A DNA stretch of 40,120 nt, from the NCBI GenBank assembly GCA_964619725.1, contig CAZUFC010000080.1, positions 1-40,120 of the forward strand, in the 5' to 3' direction. A model generated the notes under the pieces. That model ran no database searches and was not told the DNA's origin. It saw only the letters and a list, made by a program, of their open reading frames with translations. The stretch comes from an uncultured bacterium. GTDB lineage: Bacteria > CSSED10-310 > CAZUFC01. Numbering within the stretch: position 1 is the first letter of the stretch; the number at the start of each line of letters is the position of its first letter. Position numbers and translations under genes: made by a program. Below are positions 29,201-36,995 of the stretch, piece after piece.

Positions 29201-31900
29201 GCCTATCCTCGCCGATAATATGCAACCCAATGCTCCCGGACAGGACTCCTCTGTGAATTCCGGCAGACTCTCCTTAAAACGCTTTTCCGTCTCCTGAAAC
29301 AGCTCTTCCCTCTCTTCCGGCTTCATCCCCTCAATACGAGGATGAGAAAGCATGGTTAGAGCATAACGCTCCCAGTAGGCTCTTAAAGTATATCTCTCCC
29401 ATATTCCTCCGCCCATGCAACTTCCCAGCACAACCCCCGTGCGAGTCCGGTTGAACTCATGACCGCTCGCATAACCCGCATCCTCCATTGCCTGATAAGC
29501 CGCTTCCAGAGCCATAAACTGAACTATATCTATGGAAGGCGCTGCTATCGGAGCAACGCGAAACTTGATCGGGTCCTTCTCGAATCCCTCGACGAAAGCG
29601 CCCATCCGGGAAGCGCTCTTGTCGGACGACTTCATCTCAGGATCATAATATACATTCGCATCCCATACTTCAGGCGGGACCTCCTTCACAAAACACTTCT
29701 TCCGTAAAATGTTGTCCCAGAATTGAGCTATAGAGTCCGCGCCGGGAAATACGCATCCCATTCCGATGACGGCAGCAGCATCACCATAGAAACCGTCCGA
29801 GACTTCAATTCGCTGCTTTTTTCCTCTATCAAGGACTTCTTTTCCGCCCGATGTCATCCTCTCGTGCAGGTCAGCGATGGAAAAACTCTCATCACATGCG
29901 GCAATAACCTCACCGCAACTGATAACCGTCAGACTATCCGATTCAGCGTCGCCGGCGTTTTCCAAAAGCGGCTCTTCCCCGTTGCCTGAAGTTTTTTCTT
30001 CCTCCACGGCTGCATTCCAGGCTTGTTCTGTCAGTTCTTCGATAACCTTTTTCCGCTCTTTCAATGCCATGCCGTCGTCCTTGAGGCATAACTCGCGTTT
30101 AAGGAGTTCTTTGCTGCCCGACGAGGATAAAAAACGAGTCGTTTGGTTGACCGTTTCACCGCCCGTTATCGTTTCGGTTGCTTTCAGCAGAGCTTTCTGG
30201 AAGGAGACTGGAATCATTTTTGATTCAATCGCCTCGCATGTCATCAGATAGGCTGTGCCCATCTGCAGTCCTACTTTTATGCCTTTTTCCGTCAAGGGAT
30301 GCAGCATGGCTGCCGCCAGCGCCGCTCCCATTTCGTTTATCAGACCACCGGCGATAATGACTCTCAGGTGGCGGATTTCATCGTCATGCCGGCTCAGCAG
30401 TTCCTGAACTCCCAATTCCCATAATTCCATGGAAAAAAAAGAACCGATATGACCGCCGGCTTCCCGGCCTTCCCATATCAAACCGTCGGCGCCCTCATCC
30501 AGGAATGCCTGTATATGAACCGGCGACGGTGCGTGGATATATGCAGGTATGCCGCCGTCCCGTAATTGCTTAACTGAAGCCGGCGTCCCGCCCGCCAGGA
30601 TGACGAAATCAGGCTTTTCTGTTAAAACAACCTCAATCCTTGTTTCAACGTCCTCTGATTCATCAAACAGCGTCAGTCCGGCTCCGAAAGGATATTCGCC
30701 TGACTTCTCCCTCGTTGCTTTCAAAATGTTCCGGCATTCTTCAGCCCTAATCCCGGTCAAAGCAATGCATCCCAGGGCCCCGTTCTTTGAAACCGGAGCG
30801 ATTGCATCCGGCTTGTTGGTAATCCCCGCCATGGGTCCCTGGACGATCGGAAATTTTACGTGATGATATTCAGCAAACGGAGAATCCTCATTAAAAGCGT
30901 AGTTTTTTATGGGCTTCTCCAGAGCTTCCTTTGCTGCCTTCTCATATAAATCCAGAATCTCGCATACATCTAAACCTTCCTGGGCGAACTTTTGAGCAAA
31001 AATCAAACCGTGCCCAACGGGCGGCAAATTCGCATCATCAGAGAAACCCTGGATCATAAGCGCTTTGATTTGATCATCAAGCTCCTGTCTCTTCGCTTCT
31101 GCTTCCGGCTCGTCTTTGATCACGGCGCTTTCAAGTTTCATCAGGCGATTATAGCGTTCATTAACTCCACGAACGAAAAAGCGGTAACGGCTCCCCATCG
31201 ATTGCCCTATTACGGATGCATCCAAAACCGAGCCTGAAGTCAAATTGTTTTTCCATTCCGTGGAGATGGGAGATTCCGGGGACAGAAGCATTTGCGTATC
31301 TAAAATATATCCTGCGCAACCCGCTGCGATTGCGGCTGCGGCGCCGAGAGGTCCTGAACTCCCGCGAATGAAGAAGGGTATGTCCAGTCCCGGAAGAATT
31401 TCCTGGATCAACGTCAGTGAGGATTTGCGATTTACCGGTCCGGCAGCCTCATTCCCCGAAGCCGTCAAAAATTCAGCGCCCAGTTGAAGAGCTAAACGAG
31501 ATTCGGCGCTGGACTGGACTTCCATACCTGCAATGCAACCCATTGCTTTTAATTTTGATATTGCTGAGGCCGCTTGCTGCGAGATGCCGCCGGGAAAACA
31601 TAAATTTACCGTTAAATCGGCCGGGCGTCTGGATACCAGCCATTCAAACAACTCATCATCGCATGCGTCAATTGTTATCATCAGATCGTTCAACCGTTCC
31701 TGCACGACGGCTTTTTCCAGCAGTGACTTTTTGAAAGTCGTTTCTCCGTAACGCAGGTCCAGCAAGGGGGAAGCCCTTCCGGAGCATTTTTTCAGCATAT
31801 CAAGCGATGCTGCGCCCGGCGGAGAGGTTACCCAGAAATGATAGTCTTTTATTCCTTTAATCATGAATCCTTCGCATCCCTTCCGCCGACAGTCGATCAT
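23204..31900 (-). CDS. Iterative type I PKS / PUFA-synthase-like megasynthase: FabK/NMO-like x2 - KS - AT - ACP - KR - DH - Sfp-type PPTase
   Basis: NMO/FabK: PIVQGPM, EGREAGGHIG, GLQMGTAYL. KS: DGACAS, EAHGTAT, KSMIGHL. AT: FPGQGAQ, GHSLG, AFHT. ACP: LAVDSIK. KR: TGGARGI, YAAGH. DH: HLTDGAFHMP. PPTase: EWTAGRIAAK, ISISHS, VGIDVE, WTAKES. GAGGAG RBS before 31900. Confidence 0.93.
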   Translation of the reverse strand: MIDCRRKGCEGFMIKGIKDYHFWVTSPPGAASLDMLKKCSGRASPLLDLRYGETTFKKSLLEKAVVQERLNDLMITIDACDDELFEWLVSRRPADLTVNLCFPGGISQQAASAISKLKAMGCIAGMEVQSSAESRLALQLGAEFLTASGNEAAGPVNRKSSLTLIQEILPGLDIPFFIRGSSGPLGAAAAIAAGCAGYILDTQMLLSPESPISTEWKNNLTSGSVLDASVIGQSMGSRYRFFVRGVNERYNRLMKLESAVIKDEPEAEAKRQELDDQIKALMIQGFSDDANLPPVGHGLIFAQKFAQEGLDVCEILDLYEKAAKEALEKPIKNYAFNEDSPFAEYHHVKFPIVQGPMAGITNKPDAIAPVSKNGALGCIALTGIRAEECRNILKATREKSGEYPFGAGLTLFDESEDVETRIEVVLTEKPDFVILAGGTPASVKQLRDGGIPAYIHAPSPVHIQAFLDEGADGLIWEGREAGGHIGSFFSMELWELGVQELLSRHDDEIRHLRVIIAGGLINEMGAALAAAMLHPLTEKGIKVGLQMGTAYLMTCEAIESKMIPVSFQKALLKATETITGGETVNQTTRFLSSSGSKELLKRELCLKDDGMALKERKKVIEELTEQAWNAAVEEEKTSGNGEEPLLENAGDAESDSLTVISCGEVIAACDESFSIADLHERMTSGGKEVLDRGKKQRIEVSDGFYGDAAAVIGMGCVFPGADSIAQFWDNILRKKCFVKEVPPEVWDANVYYDPEMKSSDKSASRMGAFVEGFEKDPIKFRVAPIAAPSIDIVQFMALEAAYQAMEDAGYASGHEFNRTRTGVVLGSCMGGGIWERYTLRAYWERYALTMLSHPRIEGMKPEEREELFQETEKRFKESLPEFTEESCPGALGCILSARIGRCFDLRGASYTIDGACASAMAALQTALDGLRNGRYDMVLAGAADAAVTPTTFILLSNIDALSDTGSFPFDQRADGFVVGEGAGVVILRRWKDAVKDGDKIYALIRDIGGSNDGRMRGVTAPDFKGQARAIESAYKNIPVTPADISLVEAHGTATPLGDVTEMRSLTRAFSPYTKNKGSVALGSVKSMIGHLKTAAGIAGFIKTVLALHHRILPPTINCEKPRKDIDWENSQFYINREPLPWNTAGRPRRAGVNAFGFGGINFHAVLEEAPGSRKPAFVADLLPTAAEMKKKWPAHVLIFKAKTRRDMIDELKSAQLTFTGIDTPVLSVMSQSASGYPSKLNVVTAIVAEDEQHFRQLTQTAAALLENDSRQDISLAQGIYFSEKTLQEGEKTAFLFPGQGAQYPNMGGDLTEFFPEANEIFDRVDSLAQTWTGHSIKSILATGIDMTPAEKEKLQELLVRTDYNHPALFAICSAVNAVLNSFGIKPDMTAGHSLGEYLALYSAGVFDMETAVKLISLRGSRIYENCFHKGTMAVVRAPAEETGYILDRVTGYVRIANINCPSQTVIAGEEEAVSRVHSICDDMNIDCIPLNVSSAFHTSLLSTAVEPFRWLLNQIDVQPPKIKVQSNTLGKAYPTDGNFSESLREILAMHLVSPVQFINNIESMYHAGARLFVEIGPGAALCSFVDDTLGDRPHFTFPSNQARRSPTIQLLHTLAFCAARGLPVKSKPLKKKTQSLVEQRGDEYRKLKRSESAVARKQSLPAVVREDLFASALTGKNDEEIEEYIQSRREYIKEMIRLDFEHFQDFKPERQAVSKKASKKDVETQVIALISEKTGYPAELIDLNVDVEAELAVDSIKQMEIVRKLEQMYNVDMSSASPAGRYEITTLEELIRKIVSLVPDESPGGEVETRPEEQDQQKGAVKKSDKYNTNTYRFVSFLKKASREESGNGSNLSGKSVIIISDGKGVYKYLSDLISNAGATTIICEAGKIPEITKQSADIIIDLSCLDEAFSMSDEGSDSAWEEWRTRAGILLETAKRFIAVAERQNENQKLWVSVTSMGGDFGAEKRCRFAPLSAVGLGLIRSLASEHPDILEALYIDFDEMDDAQETAEFIFRETVRREGHSEIGRIKGERYEIHWAAEQEPETVNEFELNAESIILVTGGARGITASLCLELAQKYQCRMVIIGRSRFKEQYPASAPLEYEEAFKQALKVNEETCSGSTPFELEKQAWRKVWESERNYNINRMKEAGSEVEYYACDLTDMPDVKETLGRITAKYGRIDVVVHGAGGLFEKSVLNTTGDEFEEGFKPKGLGTLNLVAALKEVKLKAFVNLSSIVGRWGYMGLSSYAAGHEISCSAVAAARNERKRSGIWINLLYGPWLKKGMTRQGSTMERLHQKGAAFITESDGFMFFHREILAGKNSTAALRGKEPAGLFQPVESGETPLPQKEKKSLVEIERKRPGEALGRIDLNPEENEFLNAHLTDGAFHMPVSYGLEMLAQTAEALLDSKVVIKRIVNLEVQSNIVMTENNSLKLYAEVRRIKDANEPDAFKARLYSPGDTPGSMNAGEMTHISCSLVFSENSTSEVSRIILPENSIATERIDISDIWNTKLMSRYKGIYNNIDAVASISPDGFSAEVHPTANRPEYATKSLGDLIRLESLFFASDIYAACMFSAAGYSVKKVDVIEFIQPNNKRDAQTCRIFIRQSDVSEQTCRIEAADEMGRTSLRIYGLVKTNDMQKSEEKTDERIWDELRTNRKDDRMRRILGLDEINAAHVRIASVGEAVNGGRQREVLKFYLSEEELKRLDMIRHPKRRAEWTAGRIAAKTAIRQLLNIRKIMPSDISIGNGPNGAPFAQGSCFEETRPPFISISHSADVAVAATSYSPVGIDVELMTISLDSHFDDFCDAKELKTVRQAAEFTEKYALTLLWTAKESAVKLPARGKRLLKEIELLTVKPDGEYMIFEFDHPDQGTVKSVALQKWQYAYAVSRITETFEKSDEAV

Positions 31901-32038
31901 CTCTCCTCTTGTTCAATCGAAGCAATATAACGGTCGACTCCGTTTGCATGTTCAAGGGAATTCCTGTTTCATACTTCATGCGTCGAAATGCTCCGCATAC
32001 TTCCCTGATATACAAATAACTGATATTCCCAAATAAAA

Positions 32039-33121
32039 TCAATAATAAAGCCAGTCGCCCAGAGAAAAACGCCAGTTTTCCGGCTTCAGCTCAGGCGCCT
32101 CTTCCCCGCTGCGCTCCGTGGCGACGATCAGTTTCATTCTCCATAAAGCGCCGGCCCAGGATCGAAAGCCGATGCGTTTCAATGCCTTCTCCTGCAAGGA
32201 ACCTTGCGGAAAAGAAGCGCCGGCCATGCCTATTCCCTGCTTATGCAATCTGTGGAGAGCAGTTCCAAGTAAAATATGGGAAACATCTTCCTGCCGGTCC
32301 TTCATCAGAAGCTCCAGGATGTAACCTTCACGCCGTTCTTTCCAGACCGAACAGACGATGACTCCCACCAGCCGTCCGTCAAGATAAGCCCCCAGACATT
32401 CATGCCGACGGTCGGGACGAGCAATATACCGCCAGTTCATATATTTTGAATTTTTCTCTATGCTGATCACGCGGTCCGCTTTCAGACTCATCCAGAATTC
32501 GTCATATCCGCTGTTGAATTCATGCAAAGGTTCCACAGTGATCCTGCCGGAATTTGAAAAACTTCTCTTTTTCACGCCTGCGACTTTCTGCAGAAAGAAG
32601 CTCCCCGGCAGCGCCAGGGAAGCCGGCAGTGAGCGATTACGAAGAGCCTGAAACGCATCGAGCATAACGAAGAATATTTTGGGTTTGCCTATAAGCGACC
32701 ACCCCAGGCGGACATTCATATCAACCGATTTTGAATCGGCCAATGAAAACCCGAAAGAAACGCCCTTCTCCACGCATAATACATAATTCATCTGAAGCAG
32801 TCCGGAATAACAGGACCAGCGTCTGAACGAAGGCAAAACCGCCAGGCCTTCAAACAGGCATGCCAAAAGAGGATATCCCATAACGGACATACGATAAAAT
32901 ATTCCGCCGATTTTACCGATGACCGTATCGTTATGGATCGCCGCAACCGATGCCGAATCGCGTTCAGGATTCTCCAGGTAACACCATCGCCAGAATTCCC
33001 GGCTCCGCTCCTGGCCCCTGACTTCCCTGTAGAGCCGACTGAGACCATCTGCCAGAGAATCCAGGTTGTCTTTATTCAATTTTTCGAATCTGATTGCATT
33101 GGTTTGACCGCTCTTCATCAT
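32039..33121 (-). CDS. GNAT-family N-acyltransferase (tandem GNAT-like domains)
   Basis: RSREFWRWCYLENP, LAVLPSFRR, YMNWRYIARP and WRFSLGD end, typical of GNATs in glycan loci. Likely start ATG 33121 (ORF-track start 33178 lies inside repeat R1-D). Confidence 0.8.
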   Translation of the reverse strand: MMKSGQTNAIRFEKLNKDNLDSLADGLSRLYREVRGQERSREFWRWCYLENPERDSASVAAIHNDTVIGKIGGIFYRMSVMGYPLLACLFEGLAVLPSFRRWSCYSGLLQMNYVLCVEKGVSFGFSLADSKSVDMNVRLGWSLIGKPKIFFVMLDAFQALRNRSLPASLALPGSFFLQKVAGVKKRSFSNSGRITVEPLHEFNSGYDEFWMSLKADRVISIEKNSKYMNWRYIARPDRRHECLGAYLDGRLVGVIVCSVWKERREGYILELLMKDRQEDVSHILLGTALHRLHKQGIGMAGASFPQGSLQEKALKRIGFRSWAGALWRMKLIVATERSGEEAPELKPENWRFSLGDWLYY

Positions 33122-33127
33122 GGCGTC

Positions 33128-33156
33128 ATTATATACCGCAAAATGACAATGATCAA
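33128..33156 (-). promoter_or_regulatory. Putative sigma70 promoter giving a leaderless GNAT transcript
   Basis: Minus strand reads TTGATC (33156-33151) - 17 nt - TATAAT (33133-33128) - 6 nt - ATG (33121). No SD sequence. Confidence 0.6.
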
Positions 33157-33224
33157 AAAGGCCTCTTTTAAGGCACAATTCTTAAAAATTTCGCACCGTT
33201 TTGTTTCGATTGCGATTGCGATAC
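33148..33224 (-). repeat. Dispersed repeat family R1, partial copy D
   Basis: AATGATCAAAAAGGCCTCTTTTAAGGCAC resembles copy C AATGATCAAAGTACCTCTTCTGAAGTTAC, followed by TTTTGTTTCGATTGCGATTGCGATAC hexamers. Distal end not recognisable. Confidence 0.6.
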
Positions 33225-33335
33225 AGGCTAAAACGAAATCCTGGGACTGAAATTATGGGGCGTCGTGGAACCATAAAGTGAACGATATCAGGGGCTATTA
33301 CACCTTGATTGAATTCGGGTATGGATATTGATAAA

Positions 33336-33410
33336 AAAGGACGAAGGGACGAAGGGACGAAGAGACAAAGGGACAAAGGGACCTAAGGGACCTAAAGGAC
33401 AGAAGGGACG
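33336..33410. repeat. Short tandem repeat, about 9 units of AAGGGAC(G/A/CT)
   Basis: aaaggacg aagggacg aagggacg aagagaca aagggaca aagggacct aagggacct aaaggacag aagggacg. Confidence 0.85.
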
Positions 33411-33475
33411 TTTGGAGTATAAAATCATTTTTATAAACCAAAACCATCATCCATCTCCGAATTCCGGCAATTGTC

Positions 33476-35134
33476 TCAGAGGTAACCCAGGTCCTTCAGC
33501 CTTTCCTGCACCATCTGTTCTTCCTGTTCAGTATAGGACGTTTTTCCGGAATCAGCTTCTTTTTGGATTTTCTCCTGTTCTCCGTATCTTATGGGTTGTT
33601 TTTCCAGGCGTTTCATGGTGAATATTTCGGCGGGTATTCTTCCTTCCATGTGCAGTGGGATGGGTATGTTCATGGAATAGAGGATCGTCGGCGCCATATC
33701 GAGGACTCCGGACTCCGCGTTTTTTCCGCTTTGAATGCCCGGACCGGCGGCTATGAATATGCCTTCCATGCGATGAGTTCCTGTTTTCCAGTTTTTTTCT
33801 ATTAATGGACCTTTGAACGCCGGTGAGGGTTCGATTGTTCCTTCGCCGAACGTTACATATATATCCGGGGCATCCTTGATATAATCGCCCTGCATTATGT
33901 TTTCTTTACGCTCAATCCTTGTTGCCAGACATTCTCCTGTTTCGGGATGCTTTAAACCTTTAATCGCCCTGATAACTTCTTCAATTATTTCACGTCGGGC
34001 GACCTCATTCGCCTCTTCTCCATCTTCATCCCCCGGCGCGTTGACGTATATGCCGCAATCGGAATGCGATTTCAGGCAGGCCCTGGTTCGATTCCAATCA
34101 ATGCTTTCTGCCATGACCGTCATGTCATTGGCGCCCCAGCCGGTAGGTCTGGCGTTTCCAGACAAGAGTTTCTGCTTTAACTGACGGATGTATTTTCTCA
34201 CTCCCATAGCCCCGGCTATTCTGACGGCTATGGAATCGATTTTAGCCAGGGGATAACGTCTGTCGATCCTTTTGGTGTCGTAATGAAGAAAGCCCTGATC
34301 AGCCAGAAACTTGTTTACTCTTAACTTATAGTGAACTGGACCGAAACCGTGGTCGGATATGATGAAAAAATCGGTTTCGGCGCCGAAAGAATCCAGGAGC
34401 ATTCCGATCGTTTCATCTATTTCCCGGAAAAATTTTTCCATAAGGCGTTTCATGCCGGGATTCGAGGGGTTCTGTTCAAGGTCGCAATGGGGCCATAATC
34501 TGTGCTGAACCCGGTCCAATTCCATGATGACGCCGAAAAACAGGTCGGGAAGCCCTTTTTTCAACAGGAATCGCATGATGTTCCTGGTTCGTTGATGATA
34601 TCGTACGGCTCTTTCGATCACCCTGCGGTCCGAACCGTCTCTGACCAGGACATCCGCAGGCAGCAGCTTGTTTTCCTTTAATTCCTGGAACAGTTCCGGC
34701 GGATAAGTCATTTGCGGGCCTGGAGCAGGAGTAAGCATACCCGTAAGCATTATGCCGTTCAGTTTTGCCGCGGGATAAGCCAGGGGAAAATTCGTGATGC
34801 ATACGCTCCGATTGTATTGACCGGCAATGTCCCAAATCCGGGGTGTTTTGACGTCATAGGAACGTACGAAACGAGCCTTCATTCCGTCAGAAGACCATTT
34901 GAAAAAATCGAACACGCCATGCATGGCCGGATTGACTCCCGTTGATATGGACGTCCAGGCTGGTCCCGTAACCGGGGGCATGGTAGACGTCAGAATACCG
35001 CGGCTGCCCCTGTTTATTAAACTCTCCAGATGCGGCATAGCGCCTGATTCTATCCATTGATCGAGAATATCAAACGTCGCGCCGTCCAGTCCTATAACGC
35101 ATGTGCGCTGAGATGCCTTTTTCGGTTGCTCCAT
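33476..35134 (-). CDS. Alkaline phosphatase superfamily protein (type I phosphodiesterase/nucleotide pyrophosphatase-like)
   Basis: IGLDGAT, STMPPVTGPAWTS..TG.NP..HG, DRVQH, ISDHGF, GTHRMEG, DMAPTIL, C-terminal RLKDLGYL. GGAGG RBS. Confidence 0.9.
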   Translation of the reverse strand: MEQPKKASQRTCVIGLDGATFDILDQWIESGAMPHLESLINRGSRGILTSTMPPVTGPAWTSISTGVNPAMHGVFDFFKWSSDGMKARFVRSYDVKTPRIWDIAGQYNRSVCITNFPLAYPAAKLNGIMLTGMLTPAPGPQMTYPPELFQELKENKLLPADVLVRDGSDRRVIERAVRYHQRTRNIMRFLLKKGLPDLFFGVIMELDRVQHRLWPHCDLEQNPSNPGMKRLMEKFFREIDETIGMLLDSFGAETDFFIISDHGFGPVHYKLRVNKFLADQGFLHYDTKRIDRRYPLAKIDSIAVRIAGAMGVRKYIRQLKQKLLSGNARPTGWGANDMTVMAESIDWNRTRACLKSHSDCGIYVNAPGDEDGEEANEVARREIIEEVIRAIKGLKHPETGECLATRIERKENIMQGDYIKDAPDIYVTFGEGTIEPSPAFKGPLIEKNWKTGTHRMEGIFIAAGPGIQSGKNAESGVLDMAPTILYSMNIPIPLHMEGRIPAEIFTMKRLEKQPIRYGEQEKIQKEADSGKTSYTEQEEQMVQERLKDLGYL

Positions 35135-35333
35135 TGCTCTCTTTCAACCTCCTTCATCGAGCATACTCTTTTTTTATTGAAATTGCTAATACCTTTATGG
35201 ATCAAAAACTCGAAGCGTCTGGGCGCCCAGCCATGCCGACTGAAATCTAACTCCGTTGAGAGGCGCTGATACTTTCCTCTTCGGGATTCTAATTTGATTC
35301 TAATGAAGACTCCGGGAATACTCCCATCAGCTT

Positions 35334-36794
35334 TTAACCTGTGAGGGATTTCCAGGCAGAATATAAATCTTTTCTCATAAAAATCAACGTAAAGAAGCCA
35401 TAAACCAGGGCGCCGGAAGCCGCCTGCAGCGAAAGCGTGCTCAACGCAGACATCTCACCTGCGATATCCGGCACAAGATAAACCGAAAGTCCCATGACCG
35501 CGCCGCTCATTATTGGAACAAACGCGGCCTGAAAATATTCTTTAAAACACGGCCCCATCAATTTTTTCAGGAACAGGATATAATGAAGGCCTATTAAAGG
35601 GACATGAAAAGCCAGGAGGAGATAAACGATGTTGATGACTCGACCGGTAAGACAACCGGCGAGAACGAGCGGGGCAACGATCGACAGAATTCCGGCTCGC
35701 CAGAGAAACAACCGGGCCGACCAACCTGCGGCCAGGATAATTCCTGCGGAAAAGTTCATTATTGAACTTATAAGAGCATAAAAAGCGAATGCCTGAACAA
35801 GGGGAACGGTCTCCCTCCAGGCGTCTCCCAGAAAATAAGGTAATGCTGCCGGCGCTGTTCCCGCTATGCCGAACAATATGGGAGCGCTGAGCATGGTTGA
35901 AAATCGGATCATCTGCAAAAAGCCCCTCTTTGCCCTCGGCCTGTCCTGTTCCACTCTGACGAATACGGGGAACGCCACATGATTGAAGATGGGATTTAAT
36001 CGCTGAACCGGCTGCCAGGCTATCCTGACGGCCATATTGTAGTATCCCAGAACCGTGGAACCCAATATGCCGCCGACGAACAACTGGTCCAGCCGATTGG
36101 ATAAAGCGTTCGTCAGGCGTGCCCCGACACGGTACGCTCCGAATCCCAGGTATTCCCTGATTTCGTGAAATCGAAGCCGCAATTTCGGTTTATAGAACCT
36201 TTGCATGCCCCAGGAGGCATAAAGAGCGGCTTGAGCTGCAGCCTGCGCCAGACGGCCCCATACCAGGGCCCAGAAGTTCATGTTCAGTTTCCAGGCGCAA
36301 AATATCGCAACAGCAGCGTTAATCAACGCCGCTATCACGTCGAACCACGCGATGACCTTGAATTCGAGTTTCTTATGAAATAAAGCCATATAGGGCATGC
36401 CGACAGGAGATACTATAAATATCAATCCCAGAACTTGTAAAACCTGACTCAGTTCAGACAATTGAAAACGAGCGGCAATAAACGGAGCAACCAACCATAG
36501 AAGTGCGTAAAACAGGAAGCCTGCCGATAAACTGAACCAGAATAAACTGCACAGTTCATTATCGGATGGATTTTTCCTTTGTATAATAGCCTCATTCAGT
36601 CCCAGCCGACTCAACAGCAGCATAAAATCAACGAAAACAAGCGCTACGGCGAATATGCCGAAATGAGAAGGCGACAGCAACCGTGCCAGCCCTGCGAGAA
36701 CCGCCAAATGAATGAGCACGACCAGAAAAGCTGAAACGGCGGTATACTGTCCGCCCCTGGCCGCTATTTTTCTTAATTTCATATCTCTTGACAT
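35334..36794 (-). CDS. Wzx-type polysaccharide flippase (MOP/PST family, WzxC-like)
   Basis: LARLLSPSHFG, LGLNEAIIQ, LDQLFVGGILG...GYYNMA, VAFPVF; many TM helices. Confidence 0.9.
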   Translation of the reverse strand: MSRDMKLRKIAARGGQYTAVSAFLVVLIHLAVLAGLARLLSPSHFGIFAVALVFVDFMLLLSRLGLNEAIIQRKNPSDNELCSLFWFSLSAGFLFYALLWLVAPFIAARFQLSELSQVLQVLGLIFIVSPVGMPYMALFHKKLEFKVIAWFDVIAALINAAVAIFCAWKLNMNFWALVWGRLAQAAAQAALYASWGMQRFYKPKLRLRFHEIREYLGFGAYRVGARLTNALSNRLDQLFVGGILGSTVLGYYNMAVRIAWQPVQRLNPIFNHVAFPVFVRVEQDRPRAKRGFLQMIRFSTMLSAPILFGIAGTAPAALPYFLGDAWRETVPLVQAFAFYALISSIMNFSAGIILAAGWSARLFLWRAGILSIVAPLVLAGCLTGRVINIVYLLLAFHVPLIGLHYILFLKKLMGPCFKEYFQAAFVPIMSGAVMGLSVYLVPDIAGEMSALSTLSLQAASGALVYGFFTLIFMRKDLYSAWKSLTG

Positions 36795-36874
36795 GGACAA
36801 TTTAACATATTGAAATAATTTGATTTTATTGCATTGCCAATCGACATAATAATTGTGCGGTTTTAGCCCACCCT

Positions 36875-36899
36875 AAATCCCCCGCAAGGAGGGGGATTT
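36875..36899. terminator. GC-rich hairpin (REP-like or terminator)
   Basis: AAATCCCCC-gcaagga-GGGGGATTT perfect 9-bp stem between the GT-C and flippase genes. The T-rich tail is on the + strand, antisense to the cluster. Confidence 0.5.
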
Positions 36900-36995
36900 T
36901 GTTTTACTTGAAATTTTTTGATCGCCTGTTGTATTTTCGACAAAAAGTTCACAATTTTTTATCAGTCGTGATATCATGAGATGCGAATATAGTCA

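Noticed and set aside
23204-31900. Enediyne PKS (pksE) call
   Set aside because: The KS-to-PPTase order matches, but N-terminal ER-like barrels are present, and no hot-dog thioesterase or E3/E4/E5-like cassette genes are seen in the window.
23204-31900. Canonical PUFA synthase (pfaA-E)
   Set aside because: Single ACP, and no PfaB/PfaC (KS-CLF, FabA-type DH) genes in the window.
33328-33621. Collagen-like ORF (KGPKGPKGQKG)
   Set aside because: By-product of the AAGGGAC repeat; antisense overlap with the AlkP gene and no convincing start.
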